A stretch of 64,000 bases of DNA from a virus. Lineage: Duplodnaviria > Caudoviricetes. Within the stretch, counting starts at the first letter, position 1; each line of letters begins with the position of its first letter. Positions 1 to 9,902 of the stretch are shown one piece after another. The position numbers and the translations under genes are program-made. Under the pieces are notes generated by a model. It was not told the DNA's origin and did not search any database. It was given only the letters and a program-made list of their open reading frames with translations. The stretch covers positions 119,667 through 183,666 of IMG/VR virus record IMGVR_UViG_3300043447_000100; one strand, given 5' to 3'.

Positions 1-85
1 ACTTCTTCTATGTCACGTATGAATCCTTCATACTACTACCCTTAGACTTAGTTTATCAGACACTTAAAATTTGAAAGGAAATAAA

Positions 86-1099
86 ATGTCTTTAGCAGCT
101 ATCCGCGCCAAATTGGCCGCACAAGAAAATCGTGGTCAGTCACAACAAACTCAAGCAAGTGACAACATCATCTATCCTCACTGGAACATGCCAGAAGGAA
201 CCACAGCAAATATCCGCTTCTTACCTGATGCTGATCCAAACAACTCATTCTTCTGGATTGAGCGTAACATGATCAAGTTGCCATTCATTGGCGCAAAAGG
301 TATCAACGCAGATAAAGAATACATTGTACAAGTACCATGCGTAGAAATGTATGGCGACAACTGCCCAATCTTGGCAGAAGTTCGTACTTGGTACAAAGAC
401 GAATCTCTCAAAGAGATGGCTAACAAATACTGGAAGAAGCGTACATACTTGTTCCAAGGTTTCGTTCGCTCAAACCCAATCGCAGACGACAAGCAACCTG
501 AGAATCCTATCCGTCGTTTTGTTATCTCTCCTCAAATCTTCCAAGTCATCAAGTCATCATTGATGGACCCTGAGATTGAAGAATTGCCAACAGACGCACT
601 ACGCGGTCTAGACTTCCGCATTGTTAAAACAAGCAAAGGCGGTTATGCTGACTACTCAACTTCAGGTTGGGCTCGTAAAGAATCTGCTCTAACAACAGAA
701 GAACAAGAAATCATTTCTAAGTTCGGCTTGTTCAACTTGAGTGAATTCTTGCCTAAGAAGCCAAGCGAAAGCGAATTGAAAATCATCAAAGAAATGTTTG
801 AAGCATCAGTCGATGGTCGTCCTTATGACCTAGACAAGTGGGGCGCATACTACAAGCCATGGGGCTTAGACGCTAAGCAAACCGGCGACGGCGAATCAAT
901 CTCCGTACCAGTTTCACGCCCAGCACCAGTTGCTCAAACCACACCAGCTCCTGTAGCAGAAACCGCTCCTTGGGAAGCAGACGCCGCTGAAGCCGCTGAG
1001 TCTATCAAACCAGCCGCACCAGCAGCCGAAGCTCCTAAGACAAGCGATAAGGCAAACGACATCCTAGCGATGATTCGTAGCCGTCAAAAAGCAGTTTAA
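86..1099 (+). CDS. Single-stranded DNA-binding protein (T4 gp32-like)
   Basis: IRFLPD, CPI, GYADYSTS motifs; Ala/Pro-rich linker; upstream of uvsX; AAAGGA RBS before ATG 86. Confidence 0.85.
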   Translation: MSLAAIRAKLAAQENRGQSQQTQASDNIIYPHWNMPEGTTANIRFLPDADPNNSFFWIERNMIKLPFIGAKGINADKEYIVQVPCVEMYGDNCPILAEVRTWYKDESLKEMANKYWKKRTYLFQGFVRSNPIADDKQPENPIRRFVISPQIFQVIKSSLMDPEIEELPTDALRGLDFRIVKTSKGGYADYSTSGWARKESALTTEEQEIISKFGLFNLSEFLPKKPSESELKIIKEMFEASVDGRPYDLDKWGAYYKPWGLDAKQTGDGESISVPVSRPAPVAQTTPAPVAETAPWEADAAEAAESIKPAAPAAEAPKTSDKANDILAMIRSRQKAV

Positions 1100-1110
1100 T
1101 AAACTGTCCA

Positions 1111-1143
1111 TAATAAGATAACGCCTCGAGCGTTATCTTATTA
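1111..1143 (+). terminator. Inverted repeat / probable terminator after ssb
   Basis: TAATAAGATAACGC-ctcga-GCGTTATCTTATTA, perfect 14-bp stem. Confidence 0.6.
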
Positions 1144-1158
1144 TATTAGGAGCAACAA

Positions 1159-1716
1159 ATGAAAATCAAAGCTGTCGTCATTAAGTGGCGAACACCATTC
1201 AGTTGTAGTTTGATGGAAAGCATCATGTCTTCTGAGGTGGAAACAACTTTGTCTGATTGGATAAAAAATACGAATAATAACGAATACTTGATGATAGGCG
1301 GCGCCGTTGTAGGTTACTACACTAAGCCAAGAATGACGCAAGACATAGATGTGTTGTATCGTTTATCTTCATCGATACCTAATGAAGTTGAAGGTTTCAA
1401 ACATCATCGTGAACACGCATTTGAGCATCAACAAACGGGTGTAGAAGTTGAAACGCTAGATTCTGAATTTCTCGGTATATCCCAAGATTTGGTAGAACAG
1501 GTATTCGACAATTCAAGTATCGCGGATGGTGTTAGAATACCTAGTCCCTCCGGAATCGTTGCGTTAAAAGTATGTCGTGCCGATCTTCAAGATATTGCTG
1601 ATATTCACGCTGTTGCTCAAATACATGAAATAGATTTGACTGAATGGAATTTAGATGAAAATAAAATTAAGTTCGTCGAAGAAAGATTAGGGTACTCACT
1701 CAGGAGAAGAATATGA
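1159..1716 (+). CDS. Nucleotidyltransferase-fold protein (AbiEii/MNT-like)
   Basis: IGGxxV...PRMTQDIDVL (GG and DxD), C-terminal LK...DLQDI. Confidence 0.6.
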   Translation: MKIKAVVIKWRTPFSCSLMESIMSSEVETTLSDWIKNTNNNEYLMIGGAVVGYYTKPRMTQDIDVLYRLSSSIPNEVEGFKHHREHAFEHQQTGVEVETLDSEFLGISQDLVEQVFDNSSIADGVRIPSPSGIVALKVCRADLQDIADIHAVAQIHEIDLTEWNLDENKIKFVEERLGYSLRRRI

Positions 1717-1943
1717 CATTACCTGACGAGCGTTATCGCTCATTAAAACAAGCAAAGAAATTGCTAGAAGAACTGGTAGACCCTGGAAAAACACCACGTG
1801 TGCCAGCAGTTGTCCGCGAACGAGCACGAGGAGTTCTACGACACTTTCCTAGCGATTATGAATTTGAAGTAATGGCTTCTAATTGTCCAAACTTACTTGA
1901 CACTAAGCCGTTCTCAGTTTACAATACTACTATCAACAAATAA
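1713..1943 (+). CDS. Hypothetical phage protein
   Basis: AGGAG RBS, ATGA overlap with previous gene, phage-like codon usage. Confidence 0.7.
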   Translation: MTLPDERYRSLKQAKKLLEELVDPGKTPRVPAVVRERARGVLRHFPSDYEFEVMASNCPNLLDTKPFSVYNTTINK

Positions 1944-1951
1944 GGAATAAC

Positions 1952-3031
1952 ATGGCTACTAAACCATTTGACTTGTCGAAGTTTCGTAAAGACATTACAA
2001 AATCAATCGACGGTCTATCAATCGGCTTTCACGATCCTACAGACTGGATCTCAACAGGCAACTATGCTCTCAATTATCTAATCTCAGGTGATTTCAAGAA
2101 GGGCGTACCACTAGGCAAAGTAACAGTATTCGCTGGCGAATCTGGTAGTGGCAAATCATATATCTGTTCAGGTAACTTAGTAAAGAACGCACAAGAGCAA
2201 GGTATCTATGTTGTCTTAATCGACAGTGAGAACGCACTTGATGAATCCTGGTTACACGCTCTAGGCGTACAAACCACTGACGACAAGCTACTCAAGCTAA
2301 ACATGGCCATGATTGATGACGTTGCTAAAACAATCTCAACATTCATGAAAGACTACAAGGCCATGGCCGAAGACGAGCGTCCTAAAGTCTTATTCGTTGT
2401 TGACTCCTTAGGTATGCTAATGTCACCAACAGAAGTAAATCAGTTCGATGCTGGTGATATGAAGGGTGATATGGGTCGTAAGGCCAAAGCACTCAAAGCA
2501 CTAGTTACTAACTGTGTCAATATGTTCGGTAGTTGTAACGTTGGCTTAGTTGCCACAAATCACACTTATGCTTCACAAGACCCATACAATCCAGATCCTA
2601 ACGTTAGTGGCGGTCAAGGCTTTGTTTATGCTAGTTCTATTCTTGTTGCTATGAAAAAGCTCAAGTTGAAAGAAGACGAAGACGGCAACAAAGTATCCGA
2701 AGTTCTAGGCATTCGTGCTGGCTGTAAGATTATGAAAACTCGTTATGCTAAGCCATTCGAGGACATTCAAATTCAAATCCCATACGAAACAGGTATGAAC
2801 CCTTACTCCGGTTTCTTTGACTTGTTAGAAGCACGTGGCTTAGTCAAGAAAGAAGGCAATCGCTATACTTACACAGACTTGAACGGCGAGATTCACAAAT
2901 ACTTTCGCAAAGAGTGGTCTAAGAACACTAACGGCATCATGGACTTAGTGATGACAGAGTTCTCAGAAAAAGAAAAGCGTGAGACACAAGCACAACTAAA
3001 CGAAACAAATGAAACTGAAATTGCTGAATAA
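1952..3031 (+). CDS. uvsX: RecA-like recombinase UvsX
   Basis: GESGSGKS Walker A, IDSENA, VVDSLG, NHTY, SGG motifs. Confidence 0.93.
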   Translation: MATKPFDLSKFRKDITKSIDGLSIGFHDPTDWISTGNYALNYLISGDFKKGVPLGKVTVFAGESGSGKSYICSGNLVKNAQEQGIYVVLIDSENALDESWLHALGVQTTDDKLLKLNMAMIDDVAKTISTFMKDYKAMAEDERPKVLFVVDSLGMLMSPTEVNQFDAGDMKGDMGRKAKALKALVTNCVNMFGSCNVGLVATNHTYASQDPYNPDPNVSGGQGFVYASSILVAMKKLKLKEDEDGNKVSEVLGIRAGCKIMKTRYAKPFEDIQIQIPYETGMNPYSGFFDLLEARGLVKKEGNRYTYTDLNGEIHKYFRKEWSKNTNGIMDLVMTEFSEKEKRETQAQLNETNETEIAE

Positions 3032-3054
3032 ATAACAGCGGAGGAAAAATTTCA

Positions 3055-3321
3055 ATGGCATTAGATATCGTTACTCAAGTATGGGATATTGTAAAAGAAA
3101 CAATACACCCAACAGACCGCGAAACAGCGGCCGAGCACATCGTGGGAATGTTGATCGACAATGACTACTCACCGGCAGAAATCAAAAGTGCTTTCAGAGG
3201 CGACTCTGATTTTGCAACTGCCTTAAAGTATTACAACGATCAAGAATCTGAATACGAGGAAGACTACGAAGAATACGAAGAAGAACAACTTGATTTCGAC
3301 GACGAAGAAGATTGGGATTAA
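3055..3321 (+). CDS. Small acidic hypothetical protein
   Basis: GGAGG RBS; Asp/Glu-rich tail; between uvsX and uvsY. Confidence 0.7.
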   Translation: MALDIVTQVWDIVKETIHPTDRETAAEHIVGMLIDNDYSPAEIKSAFRGDSDFATALKYYNDQESEYEEDYEEYEEEQLDFDDEEDWD

Positions 3322-3777
3322 ATGAACTGGTACACGCAGGTAACTAACGATCTAGCAGTACTGCCTGATTTTATTGAACACTATACAAACGAACTAGCAC
3401 AAGCAAAACTTGAAGTTAGCATCAAAGGTAGTGTCGAGAAAAATCTAGCAGGGTTGCCTGGTATCACCGAGTATCGCTTCAATCAACTACAAGAGATCGA
3501 AGCGGTCCTCAACTTTCTCAACATCAAGCTACGCAAGATTCGTTCGACTACATTCAAGAAATTCTTTGAAGGGTATGCTCGTGCATTAACAAGCCGCGAT
3601 GCTGAAAAGTATGTTGAAGGTGAGCCCGACGTAATCGACATGGAAACACTTATCAACGAGGTCGCACTCTTACGCAATCGCTGGTTAGGCATTATGAAGG
3701 GCTTAGAAGCTAAGCAATGGCAACTAGGTCACATCGTTCGTTTGCGTACAGCGGGCATGGAAGACGCAACAATCTAA
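3322..3777 (+). CDS. uvsY: Recombination mediator UvsY-like
   Basis: Helical 151 aa, KYVEGEPD and C-terminal IMKGLEAKQWQL..IVRLRTAG pattern; near uvsX. Confidence 0.7.
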   Translation: MNWYTQVTNDLAVLPDFIEHYTNELAQAKLEVSIKGSVEKNLAGLPGITEYRFNQLQEIEAVLNFLNIKLRKIRSTTFKKFFEGYARALTSRDAEKYVEGEPDVIDMETLINEVALLRNRWLGIMKGLEAKQWQLGHIVRLRTAGMEDATI

Positions 3778-4712
3778 TGACGCTAAAGCCGGTAAATCTT
3801 AACGTGCGCTCAGTCACGATAGAGGACATCGAGAATCACAAGTTGATTTCTGATGAAGCACTTGCTCGTGACCTAAACAACGTCAAACGATTCAACGCCG
3901 ACGAGAACACAAACTCGTTCGCAGGCAACCCTTTCTTGTATCACTATCAGTTCAAGAACTTACTGCGCTGTAAACGAGCAGACGGCAAAAATATCTACGA
4001 CACATGGTCAGACCCCGTACAACGAGACAAACTGTTCGAAGATACACTCAAGCGCAACAGAGGCGGAGCAACAGCCGCTGGCAATGTGTTTGAGTGCTAT
4101 CGTATCAACAAGGGCAGTGTTGTAATGTTCAAATCAACAACAGCAAAATACTTGTACAAAAAGTACGGCGCTACCAGAGTGCTTGATCCGACAGCAGGTT
4201 GGGGCGGTCGTATGATCGGCGCATGGGCACTAGGCATCGACTACACGGGCATCGATACAAACATTGAAATGAAACCTGCGTATGATGCTATGATTCAACA
4301 TCTACTACAACACGACGATACATCACTGTTTACATTCGATAGGGTATCAGAGCTACAAATGCTGTGGCAAAGTTGCCTCGATATCGACTTCTCTAAACTT
4401 GATTATGACTTTGTGCTAACAAGCCCACCGTATGTCAACTTAGAAATCTACGAACACATGACTGAGTGGTCAAGCGACGAATCGTTTTATCTAGGCTTCT
4501 TCATACCACTGTTCGACAAGTGTAGAGCACACATCAAAGCAGGCGGCCACATTGCCTTCAACATATCACCTAAGATGTATGAGGATGCGCTAAAGTTCGG
4601 CCTACCTCCATGCGATATTGAAGAAGACCTCAAGCAACAGATGGGTCAAAAACACGTGGCACTAAAGACCGGCAAGAAAAAGCAAGATAAAGTATACATT
4701 TGGCGCTGTTGA
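3777..4712 (+). CDS. DNA amino-methyltransferase (N4-C/N6-A)
   Basis: Motif I VLDPTAGWGGR, motif IV TSPPY; TAATG coupling gives start 3777. Confidence 0.8.
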   Translation: MTLKPVNLNVRSVTIEDIENHKLISDEALARDLNNVKRFNADENTNSFAGNPFLYHYQFKNLLRCKRADGKNIYDTWSDPVQRDKLFEDTLKRNRGGATAAGNVFECYRINKGSVVMFKSTTAKYLYKKYGATRVLDPTAGWGGRMIGAWALGIDYTGIDTNIEMKPAYDAMIQHLLQHDDTSLFTFDRVSELQMLWQSCLDIDFSKLDYDFVLTSPPYVNLEIYEHMTEWSSDESFYLGFFIPLFDKCRAHIKAGGHIAFNISPKMYEDALKFGLPPCDIEEDLKQQMGQKHVALKTGKKKQDKVYIWRC

Positions 4713-4737
4713 CAATAAATGGTAGACCTGTTATACT
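4709..4737 (+). promoter_or_regulatory. Sigma70-type early promoter
   Basis: TTGACA-17 nt-TATACT with extended -10 TG. Confidence 0.8.
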
Positions 4738-4744
4738 ACCATCT

Positions 4745-5392
4745 ATGACTACGAAACACACTCTACTCACAGTCCTAGCCGCCGCCAATCGTGCGGCCAC
4801 CATCAACGGCCAGTACGTCAAGTTCACAGTACCGGCACTTCGTGACCCTGACGGCCAACTCGTTCGGCCTGAGAAACTGCCCAACCGCGTAGTCATTGCC
4901 GAGTTGCTCAAGACACCTGACGCTATTACTACAGAAGACTACGAGCAAGCAGAGAAAATTAGAACTTTCTTACAAGGACTAACACTAAAGTTCTTACAAC
5001 GAGGTTCTCTCAGTCAGTTCGACAGCAAGCTACTGGCCCTCTCTAGCCTAGACGAAGTAAGCACTGACTCACTTGCTATCCTTGCGTATTCGCCCTACTC
5101 GCTGATGCAATATGAGGAGCAAGAGTATGCTAATACTAAACGCTTACAAGCAGTCAAGAAATATCTGGCCGCACCTAATACTAAAGTATCAGTAACCGCG
5201 GAAGTAATACGAACTACTTACAGCCAGCAGTATAACTGCTACTTCATTGAGGCAGTCACCGCTTGTAATCATAAAGTATTCTTTTCTTACAAAGAGTCTC
5301 TTGTACTACAAAAGCATTACACTATTCAGGGCAAGGTCAAGTCTAACCGTGACGACTTCGTAACGCAACTCAACTATGTCAAATTGTTGTAA
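4745..5392 (+). CDS. Hypothetical protein, possible C-terminal OB fold
   Basis: ATG 7 nt after -10 box; ends ..IQGKVKSNR..TQLNYVK. Confidence 0.6.
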   Translation: MTTKHTLLTVLAAANRAATINGQYVKFTVPALRDPDGQLVRPEKLPNRVVIAELLKTPDAITTEDYEQAEKIRTFLQGLTLKFLQRGSLSQFDSKLLALSSLDEVSTDSLAILAYSPYSLMQYEEQEYANTKRLQAVKKYLAAPNTKVSVTAEVIRTTYSQQYNCYFIEAVTACNHKVFFSYKESLVLQKHYTIQGKVKSNRDDFVTQLNYVKLL

Positions 5393-5441
5393 AAATACAA
5401 CACCCACCCCACTTGACAATAAATGGCAATCCTGCTACAAT
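5385..5441 (+). promoter_or_regulatory. Early promoter with upstream palindromic operator
   Basis: TGTTGTAAAAATACAACA (5385-5402) then TTGACA-17-TACAAT (5413-5441). Confidence 0.8.
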
Positions 5442-5474
5442 ACTTGTATTGAAACTGATAACGAAAGGCACTCT

Positions 5475-6563
5475 ATGAATCAAGTTCGCATCGCCCGTGG
5501 TGAGTATCACTCTAAGCCCGTGACTGGCACCTTCACTCTCGTCAAGCCATATCAAGCCGGCAAACGCGGCGGCTTCGTGACTGTGGTCAACGACGGCACC
5601 CTGGGCAATGAACCTGTTGCTGGCAAACCTGCCCGAATCCTGGTAAAAACCTCGGCCGACTTTGAGTATCTGTCGGGCGCAGGTATTCAAGTTCCCGCCG
5701 GCATCGTAGCCTTCACCCCTGCCCCACTCGCCGCTCCCGTAGCAGAACCTGTGTCTACTGAGACTGACGAGGAAATCATGAACCGCATCGGCGAACGCTT
5801 CGGCATTCAAACTGAAATGACACGTGCGGCAATCGCTGGCCAAATTCGTGCCATGATTATCTCAGGCGCACCTGGTGTCGGTAAGTCTCACGGTGTCGTA
5901 TCTGAACTCGAAAAGTTCTCGCTGTTCGATCAACTCGCAGGTAACAAAATCAAGTATGAAGTTGTCAAAGGTGCTACTACCGCTCTTGGTTTGTACGCTA
6001 CCTTGTACAAGCACAGCGACCACAATCATGTGTTGGTGTTCGATGACTGCGACAGCGTTTTCGCTGACGAACTCTCGCTCAACATTCTGAAGGCCGCCCT
6101 TGATTCCGGCAAGACCCGCAAGATTTTCTGGAACTCTGATTCAGCCTTGCTCCGTCGTGAAGGCATCCCCGATTCGTTCTCGTTCAATGGTACTGTTATC
6201 TTCATTACCAACTTGAACTTTGAAGCAACTCGTAGTAAGAAACTCCAAGACCACTTGGAAGCCCTTCAGTCTCGTTGTCACTTCTTGGACTTGACCATTC
6301 ATACAGCACGTGAAAAGATGCTCCGTATTCGTCAAGTTCACCGTGATGTGACTAACGATCCTAACGCACCTGCTGGCGGATTGTTCTCCGAGTATGATTT
6401 GCCTGCTGGTATGGACGCTGAAATTTTGGACTTCATCTGGGAAAATCACCAGCACTTCCGCGAAATTAGTTTGCGCATGGCACTCAAAGTTGCTGACTTG
6501 TACAAAATCAATCCAGAAAAATGGAAGTTGCTTGCTAAGAGCACTTGTATGAAGCCTCACTAA
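5475..6563 (+). CDS. AAA+ ATPase
   Basis: GAPGVGKS Walker A, VLVFDDCD Walker B, FITN sensor, ALQSR arginine finger. Confidence 0.8.
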   Translation: MNQVRIARGEYHSKPVTGTFTLVKPYQAGKRGGFVTVVNDGTLGNEPVAGKPARILVKTSADFEYLSGAGIQVPAGIVAFTPAPLAAPVAEPVSTETDEEIMNRIGERFGIQTEMTRAAIAGQIRAMIISGAPGVGKSHGVVSELEKFSLFDQLAGNKIKYEVVKGATTALGLYATLYKHSDHNHVLVFDDCDSVFADELSLNILKAALDSGKTRKIFWNSDSALLRREGIPDSFSFNGTVIFITNLNFEATRSKKLQDHLEALQSRCHFLDLTIHTAREKMLRIRQVHRDVTNDPNAPAGGLFSEYDLPAGMDAEILDFIWENHQHFREISLRMALKVADLYKINPEKWKLLAKSTCMKPH

Positions 6564-6590
6564 TCTGCTCTGCCTTTCGTGAGCATTTAC

Positions 6591-6613
6591 AGCCACCTTC
6601 GGGTGGCTTTTTT
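6591..6613 (+). terminator. Rho-independent terminator
   Basis: AGCCACC-TTCG-GGTGGCT followed by T-run. Confidence 0.9.
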
Positions 6614-6710
6614 ATTGCCAAAACATTTGACACTTTGCTACTCTTTGTGTAAAATAGGCTGATACATACCGCTATTGTAACCGGTAAATATTGGCCTAGG
6701 AGAAACAAAC

Positions 6711-6986
6711 ATGAGTAAGAAACCAACATTCACAACATCAGTATTTGACTTTGATGACTTAGAGAGTCCAGAAACTGAATGGCGAGGCATGCCAGAATTC
6801 AATCAACCAGACAACGGAGCATTCCGACAAATCATTGTGTCATTCGATGACCAAGCTGGTGTAGATGCGTTCGAGAAACTAATCGGCCAACCGCTAACAG
6901 AAAAAACTAAATCGCTATGGTTCCCACAACGTGAGCGGAACAACGTAGTAGACCTATTCTACGTAAGTGAGGACAAGGATGAGTAA
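6711..6986 (+). CDS. Small protein coupled to the glycosyltransferase
   Basis: AGGAG RBS; EWRGMPEF motif; overlaps next gene. Confidence 0.7.
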   Translation: MSKKPTFTTSVFDFDDLESPETEWRGMPEFNQPDNGAFRQIIVSFDDQAGVDAFEKLIGQPLTEKTKSLWFPQRERNNVVDLFYVSEDKDE

Positions 6987-7929
6987 TCCTCAGTTCCCGT
7001 TATACATTCCAACAAAAGGTCGTGCCGATAGTCGTCTAACAAGTAAAGCGTTTGACTTTATGCGGATGCCTCACTATCTTGTAGTTGAGCCACAAGAATG
7101 TGAAATGTATGAAACAGAAATTAGAAAGTGGGAAAAGGAAACTGGCTGTAAGTCATACGCCACTGTCTTAGAGATGGACTTACGCTACAAAGAAACATAC
7201 GAACTACTTGACGACTTGGGATTAACAAAGTCAACAGGCCCAGGGCCAGCACGTAACTTCGCATGGGACCACTCAATCAAAAACGGCTTTGAGTGGCACT
7301 GGGTTCAAGATGACAACATCAGAAACTTCTTGAGACTAAATAATAACTTGAAGATCAAACTAGCAGACGGTACTGGCTTCCGTGTTATGGAAGACTTCGT
7401 ACTCAGATATGAGAACGTGCTAATGGCTGGTCCTAACTATCGCTCATTCGCTTCACAAAATGCTTCGATGCCACCGTATGTTAAGGGCACTCGCATCTAC
7501 TCTTGTAATCTAATCAAGAACGATAGTAAGTGGGTAACAGGTGAAAGAGCAGGTCAACCTATGCGCTGGCGCGGTCGTTACAATGAGGATACGATTCTAT
7601 CACTTGATATGCTAACACAGGGCTTTCAGACGATTCAGTTCAACGCCTTCCTACAAGACAAGCTACGCACTCAAGTACTAGGCGGCGGCAACTCAGGCGA
7701 GTTCTACTTCAAAGAAGGCACAGCACCTAAGAGTCGTATGCTCAAAGAAGCGTATCCACAATACACAGAACTTGTGTGGAAGTTTCAACGTGAGCATCAT
7801 CACGTTGACTACACGCCGTTCAAAGATACGCCGCTGATTCGCAAGAAGGATTTTGTATTGCCAGTAGGCATCAACAACTATGGCATGGAGTTGAAAACAA
7901 TTTCGCCAGATACACCAGGAAGAGTATAA
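6979..7929 (+). CDS. GREB1/TET-associated-like GT-A glycosyltransferase
   Basis: YIPTKGRA, ARNFAWD, DDNI (DxD-like), RYNED, GGN motifs. Confidence 0.65.
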   Translation: MSNPQFPLYIPTKGRADSRLTSKAFDFMRMPHYLVVEPQECEMYETEIRKWEKETGCKSYATVLEMDLRYKETYELLDDLGLTKSTGPGPARNFAWDHSIKNGFEWHWVQDDNIRNFLRLNNNLKIKLADGTGFRVMEDFVLRYENVLMAGPNYRSFASQNASMPPYVKGTRIYSCNLIKNDSKWVTGERAGQPMRWRGRYNEDTILSLDMLTQGFQTIQFNAFLQDKLRTQVLGGGNSGEFYFKEGTAPKSRMLKEAYPQYTELVWKFQREHHHVDYTPFKDTPLIRKKDFVLPVGINNYGMELKTISPDTPGRV

Positions 7930-9389
7930 TGACAGGAACAGTAGTAATGACGATCAAAGATGAAGTCAATGTAAAGTTTGACGGCATCGACCCACAAGAT
8001 CGTAGAGCGTTAGTAAAGATGTTTTCGTATGAGGTGCCTGGCGCCCGTTACTTACCATCAGTCAAGCTAGGTCGTTGGGACGGCAAAGTGTCGTACTTCA
8101 ATTTGAGCGGCACAAGTTACATCAACCTACTTGATAGAATCATTCCCTTCTTAGATAAGCAGGGCTATGATATCGAGTTGAACGATATCAGAAACTACTC
8201 TACGAATTTTACATTCAATGAGATTGATGAGAACAGTTTTAGCGACCGCTTATGGCCAGCAGGTCACCCAGCCGCGGGCCAACCTATTATTCTACGTGAT
8301 TATCAAGTAGAGATTGTCAATAACTTCTTAAAGAACCCACAATGCTTACAAGAAGTAGCAACGGGCGCTGGTAAGACATTGATGACCGCGGCACTATCCC
8401 TATCAGTTGAGCAAATGGGCCGTTCAATCGTAGTTGTGCCTAACAAAGACTTGGTCAAACAAACAGAAGCAGACTATAAGAACTTAGGCTTAGATGTAGG
8501 CGTATACTTCGGTGATAGAAAAGAATGGGGCAAGACTCATACAATCTGTACATGGCAGTCACTCAACGTCTTGCTAAAGAACACAAAGTCAGGCGAAGCA
8601 GAAGTAACAATCGGCGAGTTTGTTGAAGATGTAGTATGCTTAATCATTGACGAAGCGCATCAAGCAAAAGCAGACGCACTTAAAGAACTGCTAACAGGCG
8701 TAATGAGTCACATTCCTATTCGCTGGGGTTTGACCGGCACGATTCCTAAAGATCAGTATGCCGCACAAGCACTCTACTGTACAATCGGTCCGGTGATTCA
8801 CCGACTAAGCGCCGCTACACTTCAAGATCAGGGCGTCTTATCTCAATGTCACGTAAACGTAATTCAACTACAAGACGAGGTAGAATACGCAAACTATCAA
8901 AGTGAGTTGAAGTACTTGTTAGAGAACAAGCAACGCATGGACAAGATGGGCGAAATGATTCACGCTATCTCACTTGAGGGCAACACGCTTGTGTTAGTTG
9001 ATAGAATCGCGGCAGGTCTTGCTCTTGTAGAACGATTGCCAGGCGCAGTATTCGTCAACGGCGATACAAAATCAGACAAACGAAAGGCAGAGTACGATGA
9101 AATTGCGACGAGCGACAAGAAGATTATTGTGGCTACATATGGTGTGGCTGCGGTTGGTATTAACATCCCTCGGATTTTTAATCTCGTGCTTATTGAGCCT
9201 GGGAAGAGTTTCGTACGGGTTATCCAATCGATTGGTCGTGGCATCCGCAAAGCTGAGGACAAAGATTTCGTCCAAATCTGGGACATAACTTCCTCTTGTC
9301 GCTTCGCTAAACGACACCTAACAGCACGTAAGGCTTTCTATAAGGAAGCAAATTATCCATTTACTGTTGAGAAAATTTCTTATAAGTGA
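7929..9389 (+). CDS. uvsW: SF2 DNA helicase UvsW-like
   Basis: LRDYQ, ATGAGKT, DEAH, GLTGT, QSIGRGIR. Confidence 0.9.
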   Translation: MTGTVVMTIKDEVNVKFDGIDPQDRRALVKMFSYEVPGARYLPSVKLGRWDGKVSYFNLSGTSYINLLDRIIPFLDKQGYDIELNDIRNYSTNFTFNEIDENSFSDRLWPAGHPAAGQPIILRDYQVEIVNNFLKNPQCLQEVATGAGKTLMTAALSLSVEQMGRSIVVVPNKDLVKQTEADYKNLGLDVGVYFGDRKEWGKTHTICTWQSLNVLLKNTKSGEAEVTIGEFVEDVVCLIIDEAHQAKADALKELLTGVMSHIPIRWGLTGTIPKDQYAAQALYCTIGPVIHRLSAATLQDQGVLSQCHVNVIQLQDEVEYANYQSELKYLLENKQRMDKMGEMIHAISLEGNTLVLVDRIAAGLALVERLPGAVFVNGDTKSDKRKAEYDEIATSDKKIIVATYGVAAVGINIPRIFNLVLIEPGKSFVRVIQSIGRGIRKAEDKDFVQIWDITSSCRFAKRHLTARKAFYKEANYPFTVEKISYK

Positions 9390-9401
9390 TATAATGTTAA
9401 T

Positions 9402-9902
9402 ATGAATATTTTACAACTAACAGACGAGAAGTACGACCTTACGAATCTACCCGAAGAGGTAGAAGACCTGCGCTTTGCTATCTTAGATAATAGCAACCCG
9501 CAGGCAGTTGATTACTTCTACATACCGCTTATCTTCTTAGAGTCATTCAACTCGCCGGCATTAGTGCTGAAGATTGGCGATAGGACAGTCAAGATGCCAC
9601 TCGACTGGCAAATCTTGATTGGTGAACCTGACTTAGGTGACCTAGAAACAATCCCACTAACTTCTATTACAGATCGCGGCTTCAAAGCATTTCAGTTCAA
9701 CCCTATCTCAGGCTTCAAACCTTCATTCTTAGACATTGAAATCATAGATGTGTATCACGATGTTACTTGGTACGCACCTAGACTAAAGAACGGTCAGTTC
9801 TTGTGTGTGCCCATCGACGACGGTCATAAACCTCGTTGTGTTTACTTTGTCAAAGAGATTAGCAAGAACGCAGAGATTGTAGACTTCTCACAGGTATTCT
9901 AA
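9402..9902 (+). CDS. Hypothetical protein
   Basis: Clean ORF behind TTGAGA-17-TATAAT (9367-9395), coupled to next gene. Confidence 0.7.
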   Translation: MNILQLTDEKYDLTNLPEEVEDLRFAILDNSNPQAVDYFYIPLIFLESFNSPALVLKIGDRTVKMPLDWQILIGEPDLGDLETIPLTSITDRGFKAFQFNPISGFKPSFLDIEIIDVYHDVTWYAPRLKNGQFLCVPIDDGHKPRCVYFVKEISKNAEIVDFSQVF

